Below, piece by piece: positions 14,200 to 26,010 of a stretch of DNA of 64,000 nt. Within the stretch, counting starts at the first letter, position 1. The number at the start of each line of letters is the position of its first letter. The position numbers and the translations under genes were made by a program. The notes under the pieces were generated by a model that ran no database searches, was not told the origin of the DNA, and saw only the letters and a list, made by a program, of their open reading frames with translations. This DNA comes from Geosiphon pyriformis uo1 (taxonomy: Eukaryota; Fungi; Glomeromycota). The stretch is taken from the NCBI GenBank assembly GCA_016748015.1, contig JAAOMT010000233.1, positions 127,422 to 191,421 of the forward strand, written 5' to 3'.

Positions 14200-17100
14200 A
14201 TAAAATTACAGCTTTTAAGAAAACACTTTTCTAGTATATTGAAAACCAAATCAATGATTATTTTTTTAGAAACTACAACATTACAGAAATTAAGTAAAAC
14301 TTTCTTAAAAATCTTATTTACTACTTAGATAAAGATACAAAAAATATTAGTTCTGACAATTGTGCTACTTATTTCAAAGAACTAAATTACAATATTATAT
14401 AGTTTTGTGAAAAAAAGTATTTTGCCAACTCACAATTTATTTTTGAACTTAAATTAGCAGAAAAAACAAAAAGAAAAACATTTAATCAGTTTAAACAACA
14501 CTTAACACATTAAAGACAACTTTTCAACACTTATAAACACTTAAATAAGGAACTAGTTCAAAATTACTATTTTTAATTATACTCTTTCTAGCTTTTCTTG
14601 CTTAAGCTTAAACACCAAATTTACCACTTAACTGTTTTTCAAGACCAGAAAATTTTACATTATCAAAAAACCTAACATAACAGTCTGAACTAATCTTTAC
14701 TAGTACTAATCTTTTCAACTTCTTAGCAAAAAACCAAAGCAATTACTTTAATAACAACAAAAATATTTTTGAATGTACAAAAAAAAACTATTTAAGATGA
14801 GAATACAGAAAAAATAGCAATCATTTACATCACAAAAATTACTGAATTTATTGGAAAAAATGCTAACACCAGTTCACAAAAATGACTTGACAAAGTCCAA
14901 AAAGCTGGAAATATAAATAAATAAAATACCATAAAAATGCTCAAAGCTATTCCTTATTTTCTTCAAGAAACTATATGTAAATGATTTGAAAACTTAGACA
15001 CATTCTTTAAAACTTGACAAGCATTTAAAAATGCTTTTCTAAAACAATTTACCAATAACAACATCTCTATTACTCTTTGAAACTGATTTTAAAACATTAA
15101 ACAAGAACTTTTGAATCTATTTTAACCTATCTTGAAAAGTTCAACAAATTTTTTTAATAAATTTGACAATTAAAAACCAACAAGCATTACTCTAATACTT
15201 AAATTTTAGACCAATTTATAATCAAATTAAAAGACAAATTAATTAAAAAAGTTTGTTTCTATGCCTTAGTAGATTTAGTTACAGTTATTTAACATGTAAA
15301 AAACTACAAAATAACAATAAAAAAAGCAAACTGCACCAATTTTATAAACTTTGCAATCAACAAAACCAGCTTAGCAGCTGAAGAAAAAATTAATTAACTT
15401 GCAAAAAAAGTTGAAAACTAATAACAACAGCAACAACAAAAATATTAACCATCCTAAAAACACAATCAAAATAACTACCTATCATTATCAAACAACCAAT
15501 TTCAAAACTGTTATTATTGTAATTTTAGAACACTAGAAACAAGATTGCCAAAAGATACAAAGAGATTAACAATCTAATCTTAGCCATTCTACTATCAACT
15601 TATTATTTACTAAGATTTTAATATTAGAACAATTACTATTCATCTGTTTCTCAACTTATTCAACAAAAATATTTACAATTACTAGTTTAATAATATCAAA
15701 TATCTGCTTAAAGATTGGTTTAGCAAAACCAATTTGCAATAAACAATAGTAGATTCAATTTAAATAACTAATTAGTTTTCCAAAATCCAGCTTAACAAAA
15801 ATCCAACCATTATCATACATAATCTAGTTATTTTACAATATCAAAAGAATTGGATTTTTAATAAACTGTATTTTCTAAAGATAAAACTGCAATCTCAAGA
15901 CAAAACTCTTTTAAGAATACCATTTTACCAGTCCAAATCACTTAAAATACCAACTTTTTTAATATCTTTTTATTTGAATTCAAAGCCAATAAATTATTAT
16001 TTTTACTTAGTAATATAGCAGTTACAAATCAAAAAACAATTATAGTAATATACATTAAAACCAAAATTGAAAAAAACCAATTCAATTATTTTTAGACAAT
16101 AGATTTATTAAAAGTATTATTACCTATTAATTAATATAACAGCTACAATGAATTATCAACAAATCTGCTCAAGCAGTTATCATTACAGCAGATAACATAA
16201 AAAAACTTTAATAAAAGATATTAACAACTTTTTATTTATAATCAATAGAATTACTATTTCAATTAAAGTTCTAGTCATGAATACATTTCAATATCAAACT
16301 CTTACCAAAAACAATTGGCTTTTTAAAGCCAATGCAAATTTAGATTAAAAAATCCAAAAACTCAAGATTTTATATCAAAAACAATATATTAGAGTATCTG
16401 CTACTTGTAATACTTTTAACAAATAATTAAAAATAGCCTCTGTATTTGAATTTAAAAAAAAATGCCAATTACTAAAACTTATATGGCTCTTGAATCAACA
16501 TTCAATTAAATTGAAAAAACAGAACAAAAAATTTTCAAAAAGACCAAAAAATAGAATATTGTTTACTATTTTAAACTAAAACCACAAAAACAGCTATCAT
16601 ATATTTTATTTAAATACAAAGATTGCAACAAAAAGCTTTTATTAATAAGAGCTTGTATATTACTAAAAAAAGAATATAAGATGTATACTTGCTATTATTG
16701 TAAAGCCTACTATTAAAAAAAATTTATATACTCCAAACAAAGCAAAAAATAAGACAATACTCTTTGTCTTACTTGTGGAAAATTACTACCAAAAGAATAC
16801 AATTAGATTAATATTGCAATAAAAGGAAGAGGATATAACTAAATTTGTTAATATGTTTTATTAATTACAGAAAAAATGAAAAGAAGAACTTTATTTAATA
16901 CTATTTATAACAGCATCTTTAACAAACTTTATTACTATCTACATAATATTAAAATAATATATAGTTCTGATTAACAGAAGAACTTAAAAAAATATTTGCC
17001 AGATAAAAAAAGCAAAGTACATTAAATATACAATAAAATTAACTGGATTTAATTATAAAAATAAAACAGAAACTTATTACCAGATTACAAGTTATGTTTA

Positions 17101-18051
17101 TTCAACCAAAAAAGCTCAAATTCAATAATTAGAACATATAAACATTCAACTATATAAAGAATATATAATATTTTGTGATAATCAATAATGTTCAAAATAC
17201 TATGCTCTTAGTATTTTTCTGTCCAGCAAAAGTAATAAGTATGAAATTAAATTTGGAAAACTTAAACTGAAAAAAAAAATACAATTACATTAATCTATCT
17301 AACTGAAAATCAGCCTATCATACAACTCAAATATTTTGACAACAATAGACAAGAAATTAAGCCAAAAAAAGCTTATGAAATTGATGCTAGATATAATCTA
17401 TAATATTCAAACAAAAATACTTTGGTCTTTTAATCCAAGTTCTTAATAAAAATTAATCTTAAAATTGCTTTTAAAATACTACCAGAAGCAATAGTTCAAA
17501 TTGTTTTTCAATTATTATTGGCAAGCAAAAAAATTAGTATTAGAGAAAAAGTTATAGATACAGGATATACTGGAGATATTATTATTATGCTACAAAATAA
17601 AACTAATAAACCATTTAAAATTAAGCATGCTAAAAAAATTGCCCAAGCAATTTATCTACTCTTAATCAATATTTCGGATTTGCAATTAGTTAATTAAAGA
17701 GAACAATTAAGCAGAAGTAATAGAGAAACTTAAAGTTTTGGTTCAACAAAATAATTTACAGTTTTAGCAAATATAGCTTTTAATGCACAAAATAAATCTT
17801 ACCAAATTCTTCGACTTTTTTAACCAATTACCATATTACTTTTTGGAAAACATCACAAAATTTACACTTGTTTAAAACTTACTACTATCCAACAAATCTT
17901 CAAATCAAATAAACAAATTTGTTTGAAATACAAAATTTCAATTTCAAATATTTATATTCTAAAAGAGATAAAAAATTCTGAGTTATATTTTATAATCCCA
18001 ACAATTACTCTATTGTTTTATTAAATAAATTAGAAATTAGATAATACATAG
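14200..18051 (+). mobile_element. Element B: decayed gag, protease, Cys-rich domain and dUTPase (older copy of family A)
   Basis: Colinear with 19175-23145 of A with heavy C>T/G>A decay; dUTPase remnant at ~17320-17752. Confidence 0.92.
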
Positions 18052-19045
18052 TGTTACCAGTAGAATTTTAGCTATTAATTAGCATGAAATTACCCTTATA
18101 ATTCCTATAATTTATTAGTATATTAATATCATTTCAAATTATCATTTATTATTTAATCAATTATCACATATCACGATTCAATTAAAATAATCTAATTAGT
18201 ATAACAGAAAGTAGGATGATCAAATTACACAATACCCTGAACTTTGTAACATACAGAAATTCGCCGAAATTTATAAGAAATTCGCCGAAATTTACAGAAA
18301 TTCGCCAAAATTATGAATAGTTCACCCAAATTAATCAATAGTTCAGCGAAATAACTTGTAGTTCATCAAAATGTATCTTTAGTTCGCCAAAATTTGAGCA
18401 AAGAGAAAAAGTGCAAGTTCATAAACTAGTACTACAACAAGTTGTATAAAAAAAGAGCTTTTCTCTTCTGGAAAATGTATCTTACTTTAGATTTATCTCT
18501 TAAAACCGTTCCTATACACACAAAAAGAAATAAATATCAAATAATTCGAAAAAACCAAATTCTTTAATTATTGTACTTGGAAAAACCCCCAAAACCCAAC
18601 TAACATTTTGAAATTGATTAGCTACCAATTTCAGTAAACTGTTAGTGACTCCAGGCCTGAATAGAAAACGTTTCTCTTGATAAAATTTTATTTTTTTTAC
18701 ATTTCTTTTATTTTTCTTTTCTTTTCTTATTACAATCATTAGAGTAGCCTACAGATGAGATTCCTATAGAAGAGTTGACTTTCACAGCAAAATAACTACA
18801 CATTTTTAGTGAGCTTCCAGACGAGCAATTCCTGGGAAAAATTTAACATTTACTACAACGTAACTACATAAAGTAACTGGCAAGGAATCGGCCATTCTAC
18901 TTATAAGCCCAGCAGTTCAAATTATAGGAGATAATTTGAAGATAAATTCAGTTATTGGAGGTTCAACCACATTCAGAAAACGTGAATTCACAACAAACAG
19001 GCATCAACAACATTTAAAAAAAGAGACCAAAAACCTCTGGTAACA
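18052..19045 (+). repeat. 5' LTR of element A
   Basis: TGTTACCAG...CTGGTAACA inverted termini; matches 26699-27650 and 12791-13760. Confidence 0.96.
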
Positions 19046-19047
19046 TT

Positions 19048-19064
19048 TGGTGCTCTCCCACGGA
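19048..19064 (+). promoter_or_regulatory. Primer-binding site (complement of a tRNA 3' end, isotype not determined)
   Basis: TGGTGCTCTCCCACGGA 2 nt after the LTR; the same TGGTGCTCTC core, intact or decayed, follows the 5' LTRs of B, D and G. Confidence 0.88.
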
Positions 19065-19090
19065 AATAACACAGCAACAACAAATTCAAA

Positions 19091-21100
19091 GTGGCGACCA
19101 CACCAGACACAGCAACTCTAGAGTATTACCAGTCAATTTACACTCACTGCAAGCAAAGATGCAACATTCCAGACGGAATTGAAGTTGTAAAGAAATCAGT
19201 ATACCAATACATTGAAAACCGCATCAACAATTATCTTTTTGGAAACTACAACATTTCAGAAGTTAGAAGCAATCTCTACAATAATTTAGTGCACTATTCA
19301 CAATTGAGAACAGAAAACCTGAACAGTGAAACACTTGCTACCTACTTCCAAGAACTTAATTTTAATATTATTGAGTATTGTGAAGAAAAATACCCAGTAC
19401 AGTCTAAATACTCTTTTGACTTTGAATCAGAGACAGAAACAAACAACAAAGACAAACAAAGATTAAAACAATACTCAAGAACCACTTCAAACACTCCAAC
19501 ACTACAAAAGACAACTGCCAAACACTTGCAAACACCTGAACAAGGAACCAGTGTCAAATTACCGCTTTCTATTACACCATTTCCAATTTCATTTGTTCAA
19601 CCACAAACACCAAGTTCACCACTTAGCTATTTCTCCAGACCAAAAGATTTTCAGTCACCTAGAAATCCTACTCAACAGCAAAAACCAATATCAACAAGTG
19701 CCAATATCATTGATTACTTACAGGAAAACGAAAGTAATCACTCAGAAAGCTTGGAAAGTGAAGAAACTGAATCAGAACCAGAAAAAATTACAGAAAACGA
19801 AGAAGAAATGGCAACTGTTTATATTGCAAAAATCCCAGAATTCACTGATAAAGACAATGATACCAGTCCTCAAGAATGGCTTGACAAGGTTCAAAAAGCA
19901 GGAGATGCAAATGGTTGGATTGCAGCAAGAATGCTTAAAGCAATTCCCTACTTTCTCCAAGGAACAGCAGGAGAATAGTTTGAAAATTTAGAAAAACCAT
20001 TTGAAAACTGGCAAGCATTCAAAGATGCTTTTCTATAACAATTCACTGACAACAATACCTCTATTACTCTCAAAAACTGCTTTCACAATATCAAACAAGA
20101 AACATCTAAATCTGTTATGACCTATTTTAGAAGATTTAACAAACTTCTCAAACAAATTCAACAATTGAAAACCAATGACTACTATTTTGATGCTCAAATT
20201 CTGAATCAGTTTATAGCAGGATTAAAAGACAAACTGATTAAGAAAGTCCATCCACATGCTCCAGCAGACTTAGCAACTGCTATTAGACATGCAAAAAGCT
20301 ATGAAATGGCAATGGAAGAAGCAAATCACACCAAGCTTGTAAACCTTGCAATTGGAGAAACCAGCTCAACAGCTGAAAAAAAGATAGACCAACTCACAAA
20401 GAAAGTTGAAAGCTATTTTACAAACCAACAACAACAGCAGCAACAACCACAAAGATATCAACCACCACAATGACGCAACCAAAACAATTTTGGATTACCA
20501 TCCAACAACCAATCTCAAAATTGTCATTATTGTGGAATTCCAGGACACTGGAAACGAGATTGTAGGAAATTGCAAAGAGACCAACAAAATAGGAGTAATC
20601 AACATTACTCTTCACTACAACAATCTTATTACCAATTTCCACCACCAACCTATTATTCACCAAGACCACAAAATCAAAACTACTATCCACCAGCTCCATA
20701 ATCAATGCAGCAACAATATTAGCAACCTTTACCAATTCAGCCATATCAGACACCATCCACTCAACAATATCAAGTACCAGCAAGAAGATTGGTTCAACAT
20801 AACCAATTCACACCCCAAAATCAATTGCAGAATAACCACAACAGAATCAATCCAAATAACCAGTTGGTTCCCCAAAATTCGGGTCAGCAAAGACCCAATC
20901 ACTATCACACTCAACCCAGTTATCTTACAATACCAGAGGAATCGGATTTTCAACAAACTGCACTTTTTGAAGATGAAGTTGCAGCGCTAAGATCAAACTC
21001 TTCCAACCACACTATTCCACCAGTTCAAATTGCCCAAAATGCTAATCTGTCAGATATATTTCCATTTGAATTTGAAGCAAATGAATCACTATTTCTGCTT
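19091..21100 (+). pseudogene. gag: gag with N-terminal extension, capsid-like region, CCHC zinc knuckle and Q/N/P-rich tail (in-frame stops)
   Basis: KIPEF..SPQEWLDKVQKAGDANGW retrotransposon-gag motif; CHYCGIPGHWKRDC knuckle at ~20522-20563; ORFs 19091, 20117 and 20789 share one frame broken by point stops. Confidence 0.9.
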
Positions 21101-21139
21101 AGTAATGCAGCAGTCAATAAACAGAAAACAATTACTGCC

Positions 21140-21472
21140 ATGTACACAGAAGCTACAGTAGAAGGAAAACTCATTCACTCAATTTTAGATAGTAGATTAG
21201 CTGGAAGTATCATTACTTACCAGCTGATGCAACAACTCAAACGAAACATAGACAGACCAGTTCAAACAGTTATTGTCACAGCTGATAGTATGAAGAAGAC
21301 TTCAGTAGGAGAAATTGATAATTTCTCCTTTTCAATTGATGGAATTACCATTCCAGTTAAAGTTCTTGTTATGGATGCACCCCAATATCAAACTCTAGTC
21401 AGAAATGATTGGTTTCTCAAGGCCAATGCAAACCTGAACTGGGAAACTCAAGAACTTAAAATCTTATACTAA
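21140..21472 (+). pseudogene. Retroviral-type aspartic protease
   Basis: ILDS(R<G)LAGSII...VKVLVMDAPQYQTLV(R<G)NDW, a decayed DSG active site with a GNDW-type motif. Confidence 0.88.
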
Positions 21473-21694
21473 GGACAATATACCATAGTACTTGTAACCT
21501 GTGGTACCTTTAACAAACAATCAGAAAAAGCTCCAGTATTTGAATTTGAAGAAAAGAAAGAAATGCCACTTACTGAAACCTACATGGCTCTTGGATCAAC
21601 ATCCAATTGGGCTGAAGAAACTGAACAAAAGATTTTTGAAAAATCAAAGTGATAGAGGAAAGTTAAATATTCTACACCAGAACCACAGAAACAA

Positions 21695-22335
21695 CCACCC
21701 TATATTCCACTCAAATGCAAAGATTGCAACAAAAAACTTTCATCAATGGGAGCATGTATTTCTCCAGAAGAGGAATATGAAACTTATACCTGTTACTTTT
21801 GCAAAGCATGCCATAAAAAACGATTTGGATCTCCAAAAAGAAGTAGAAAATGGGACAACACACCTTGCTTTACATGTGAAGAAATGCTACCAGAAGAATG
21901 CAATTAGATTGATGTAGCAATGAGAGGAGGAGTATGTGATCAAACCTGTCAATATGCTCTATCAATTTCGAAAAAAGTCAAAAGAGGAACACCATTTGAT
22001 GCAGCATACAACAGTGCTTTCAATAAACTTTACCACTACTCTCATAATGCTGAAATGATTTTTGACTTAGCAATGGCATTGATTAATAGAGCCACCTAAG
22101 AAAATGTTTGCCAAATAAAAGAAGCTGAATATATTGAGTATACCATGGAATTAGCTGGATTTGATTATGAAGATAAAGTAGAAACCTACCACTAAATTGC
22201 AAGCCACACATATCCAACCAAAGAAGCTCAAATTCAACGATTAGAGCAAATGAACATTCAATTGTGTAAAGAATGTGTTATGCCTTGTGATAACCAATGG
22301 TGTTTAGAATGTTATGCTCTTAGCATTCCTCTGCC
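21695..22335 (+). pseudogene. Cys-rich putative zinc-binding domain of unknown function within pol
   Basis: In the gag-pol frame: CKDC..CYFCKAC..CFTC..CDQTC..helical stretch..CKEC.MPCDNQWCLEC; homologues in B, D and G. Confidence 0.7.
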
Positions 22336-22429
22336 AGATGAGAATGATGAAAATGAAATCGAATTTGGAGTATCTGAACTAGTAGAAGAACTACCAACCA
22401 CTCCCATCTATCTTCTTGAAAAGCAATCA

Positions 22430-22865
22430 CTTCTACAACTTAAATATTTTGACAACCATGGCCAAGGAATCAGACCAGAAAAAGCACACAAAATTGATGC
22501 TGGATATGACCTAAGATATTCAGGAAAAGATACTTTGATTCTCCAACCAAAGTCTTTGACAAAAATCAATCTCAAAATTGCTCTTGAAATTCCACCAGGA
22601 GCAATGATTCAAATTGCCTCCAGATCATCATTGGCAAGCAAAGAAATCAATATTAGAGGAGAAGTTATAGATGCAGGATACACTGGAGACATTACCATTA
22701 TGTTACAGAATGAGACAGACAAACCATTCAAAATTGAACATGCTGAAAAAATTGCTCAAGCAATTTACTTACCCTTAATCAACATTTCGGGTTTACAATC
22801 AGTAAACAACAGAGAACAATTAGGAAAAGTGAAAGAGGAACTCAAGGTTTTGGTTCAACTGGATG
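22430..22865 (+). pseudogene. dut: Trimeric dUTPase domain within pol
   Basis: Motifs I-V: DAGYDL, SRSSLA, (G)VIDAGYTGDI, KIAQAI, and RGTQGFGSTG after a 1-nt deletion near 22825. Confidence 0.93.
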
Positions 22866-23299
22866 ATTTACAGTCCCAGCAAACATAGTTCTTAATACAC
22901 AAAATGAATCTTACCAGATTTTTCAACTTCCTCAGCCAATTACCATTTCACCTTTTGGAGAACATCACGAAATTTACACTTGCTCAAAACCCACCACTAC
23001 ACAACAAATCTGTTTGAAGCATGAAATATCAATTTCAAACATTTATATTCCCAAAAGAATAAAAAAATTTCGAGTTACATTCTACAACCCCAATAATTAC
23101 CCTATTGTTTTATTAAACAAATTAGAAATTGGAATCATACACAGCAATATCTTTCAAGATGAAAACCCTCAAATTATATCTAATTTCATCGAAATTGTAA
23201 AGCACACTCGACTCCCAAATCCAAATATTATTCTCACTACTGAAAACTACCACTTGTTGGAAGAAAAACTTTCTCAAATTAATATGGGTCTCTTAGAAT

Positions 23300-24690
23300 C
23301 TCAACAACAAAGACAATTGAAGCAATTAATAGCTGAATTTGCAGATATATTTGCAAAAGACAACAATAACTTGAGAAAAACAGACATTGTTCAACATCAG
23401 ATCCATACAGGAAATGCTCTATCAAAACGTCAACAAGCTTATCAAGTGCCACCTGCCAGCCACCAATTCATTAGAGAAGAGGTCCAAAGAATGCTCAATA
23501 ACGGATTGATTTAACCATCAAGAAGTCCTTGGGCCTCACCAGTAGTTTTAGTTAAAAAGAAAAACGGAAAAATCAGATTCTGTGTTGATTATAGACAACT
23601 GAATAGTGTTACAATTGGAGATGTCTACCCTCTTCCAAGAATTGATAACATGCTAGATGCTCTAGGAAAAGCCAAGTTCTTTTCAACTTTAGACCTGGAA
23701 AGTGGATACTGGCAAGTCAAAATGGACCCAAAAGATAGACTCAAAACAGCATTCACCACTCAAGGAGAAAATTATGAGTTTAATGTTATACCTTTTGGAC
23801 TCTGCAATGCATCAGCAACATTTCAGTGACTCATGGATGTTGTCTATAAAGGGCTTTTGTGGCAATCAGTAGTTGTTTATCTTGATGATACTGATGTATA
23901 CTCACCAAGCTTTGAAGCCCATCTTATTTACCTGCAAGAAGTTTTTCAATGATTACGGAAAGCAGGATTAAAGTTAAATATTAAAAAATGTCACTTTGGA
24001 AAAACAAGTTTGATCTTTCTTGGACACATAGTTAGTAAAGATGGAATCAAACCAAATCCAGGAACAATCAGTGCTGTCAAAAACTTTTAAACCTCCAGAA
24101 ATACTACAGAACTAAGAGGATTTGTGGGATTAGTCTCTTACTATCAAAAATTCATAAAAGGATTCTCAGAAATTGCCAAACCACTCAATTATCTTATCAA
24201 CAAAAACGTACCATACAAATGGACTAAAGAACAACAAAAAGCTTTTGAAATTCTCAAAACAAAATTAACAACAGCCCCAGTTCTTGCTTACCCAGACTTC
24301 AACAAACGATTCCAATTAGCCACTGATGCCTTACATATAGCATTTAGTGCCATCTTATCACAATTGGATGAAAATGGCCAGGAACAAGTTATTGCCTATG
24401 TCAGCAGAACACTCAAGCCAACAGAACTCAAATATGGCTCAACTGAATTAGAAGCTGCTGCAGTTATTTGAGCTCTTAAACATTTTCAACAATATCTGAA
24501 GAATGGAAAAGAATTTGACATAATAACAGACAACATTGGCCTCAAATGGCTCAATAAAAAGAAAACTGAACAAAGTGCCAAACAGTTTTGATAGAATGAC
24601 TTCCTAGCAGACTACAGATATATTGTACACCACAAATCAGGAAAACTACATATTAATGTTGATAGCCTCTCAAGAATGAGACAAGATTAA
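23300..24690 (+). pseudogene. pol: Reverse transcriptase and RNase H (Ty3/gypsy)
   Basis: SPWASPVVLVKKKNGKIRFCVDYRQLN, LDLESGYWQV, PFGLCNA, YLDD (~23878), FQLATDA, YGSTELEAAAV. Confidence 0.95.
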
Positions 24691-24747
24691 TACCAACAAC
24701 AATTCCACCACAACTTACCAACTTACCAACAAAATAACCAAACAAAA

Positions 24748-25868
24748 ATGGATCCCAGAAACTACAGCAATCTTAAAAATTATTTGAAGACTTTTACCAT
24801 GCCAGAAAACTGGTCTCCAAGTGAAAAATACCGCTTACAACACCAATTAAAACAATATTTCATACACCAGAACAAAATCTATTATAAAAATCACAGAAAA
24901 CCAAACCAGCCACTCAGATTAGTACAAGAGAATGAAAAAGAAACAATTTTATACAACATGCACACAAATCCGTCTTCAGCACACTTGGGAAAAGAGGGAA
25001 CAATTCAAAGAACTCTTGAACATTATTTTTGGCCTCATATACAAAAAGACATTCGACAATATGTAGAATCTTGTGATAATTGTCAAAAAAGAGGAGGAAC
25101 TCACCCCACAGAACCTTTAAATTCAATCAAAGTTGGACAACCTTTTGACAGAGTTGAAATTGATTTAGTCGGACCATTACCTATCACAACCCAAGGAAAT
25201 TGTTATATTGCAGTTGCAGTGAATTATCTTACCAAATAGCCTGAAGCTAGAGCCATCCAAAGAGCAGATGCAAAATCAGTAGCAAATTTCATCTATAAAG
25301 ACATTATCTGTAGACATGGATGCCCAATTGAACTCTTATCTGATCAAGGAACACATTTTGTGAACAACTTGATACAAGAAATTTGTGAATGGTTCAATGT
25401 CAAAAGATCTTTATCATCACCTTATCACCCTCAAACAAATAGACTTGTAGAACATTTCAACAGAACATTGTGTGAATCTCTAGCCAAAGTCTCAACAAAC
25501 TTTGAACAGGAATGAGATATCTTTATTCCATTAGTGTTACTAGCATACAGAACACTAAAACAAGATACTACGAAANNNNNNNNNNNNNNNNNNNNNNNNN
25601 NNNNNNNNNNNNNNNNNNNNNNNNNNNNNNNNNNNNNNNNNNNNNNNNNNNNNNNNNNNNNNNNNNNNNNNNNNNNNNNNNNNNNNNNNNNNNNNNNNNN
25701 NNNNNNNNNNNNNNNNNNNNNNNNNNNNNNNNNNNNNNNNNNNNNNNNNNNNNNNNNNNNNNNNNNNNNNNNNNNNNNNNNNNNNNNNNNNNNNNNNNNN
25801 NNNNNNNNNNNNNNNNNNNNNNNNNNNNNNNNNTTATAATAGAACAACAACCAAACTTGAACACTTAA
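24748..25868 (+). pseudogene. pol: Integrase (HHCC + DDE); C-terminal part falls in the N gap
   Basis: H..AHLG..YFWP..CDNCQ; IDLVGPLP; SDQGTHF; YHPQTN.LVEHFNRTL. Confidence 0.93.
25576..25833. other. Assembly gap (N run)
   Basis: Run of N; the homologous interval in B (~50790-51320) is about twice as long. Confidence 0.99.
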
Positions 25869-26010
25869 ATTTTACAATAATTCTCTAATAAAAACACAAA
25901 GACAAAAATAGTAAATAATTACAAAACACTCAAACCCAAAGACAAATAAAAACCCCATATCCAAAAATCATTTTCTTTATTCTCTCTTTTCATAATTAGT
26001 CAATTTTATT

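Noticed and set aside
18512-18739. Repeated 75-aa antisense ORF (also 27118-27345) and other LTR ORFs (12518, 29096, 38044, 38487, 47572)
   Set aside because: They recur only because LTRs are repeated; low-complexity and not consistently open in other LTR copies.
19048-19064. tRNA gene or specific primer tRNA isotype
   Set aside because: Only the complement of a tRNA 3' end is present; the isotype needs the host tRNA set.
19551-21917. Overlapping alternative-frame ORFs (19551, 20406, 20418, 21501)
   Set aside because: Shadow frames of the CAA-rich gag-pol sequence; the conserved motifs lie in the main frame.
25431-25868. ORF-track entries spanning the N run
   Set aside because: Artefacts of the gap; the flanks are integrase sequence.
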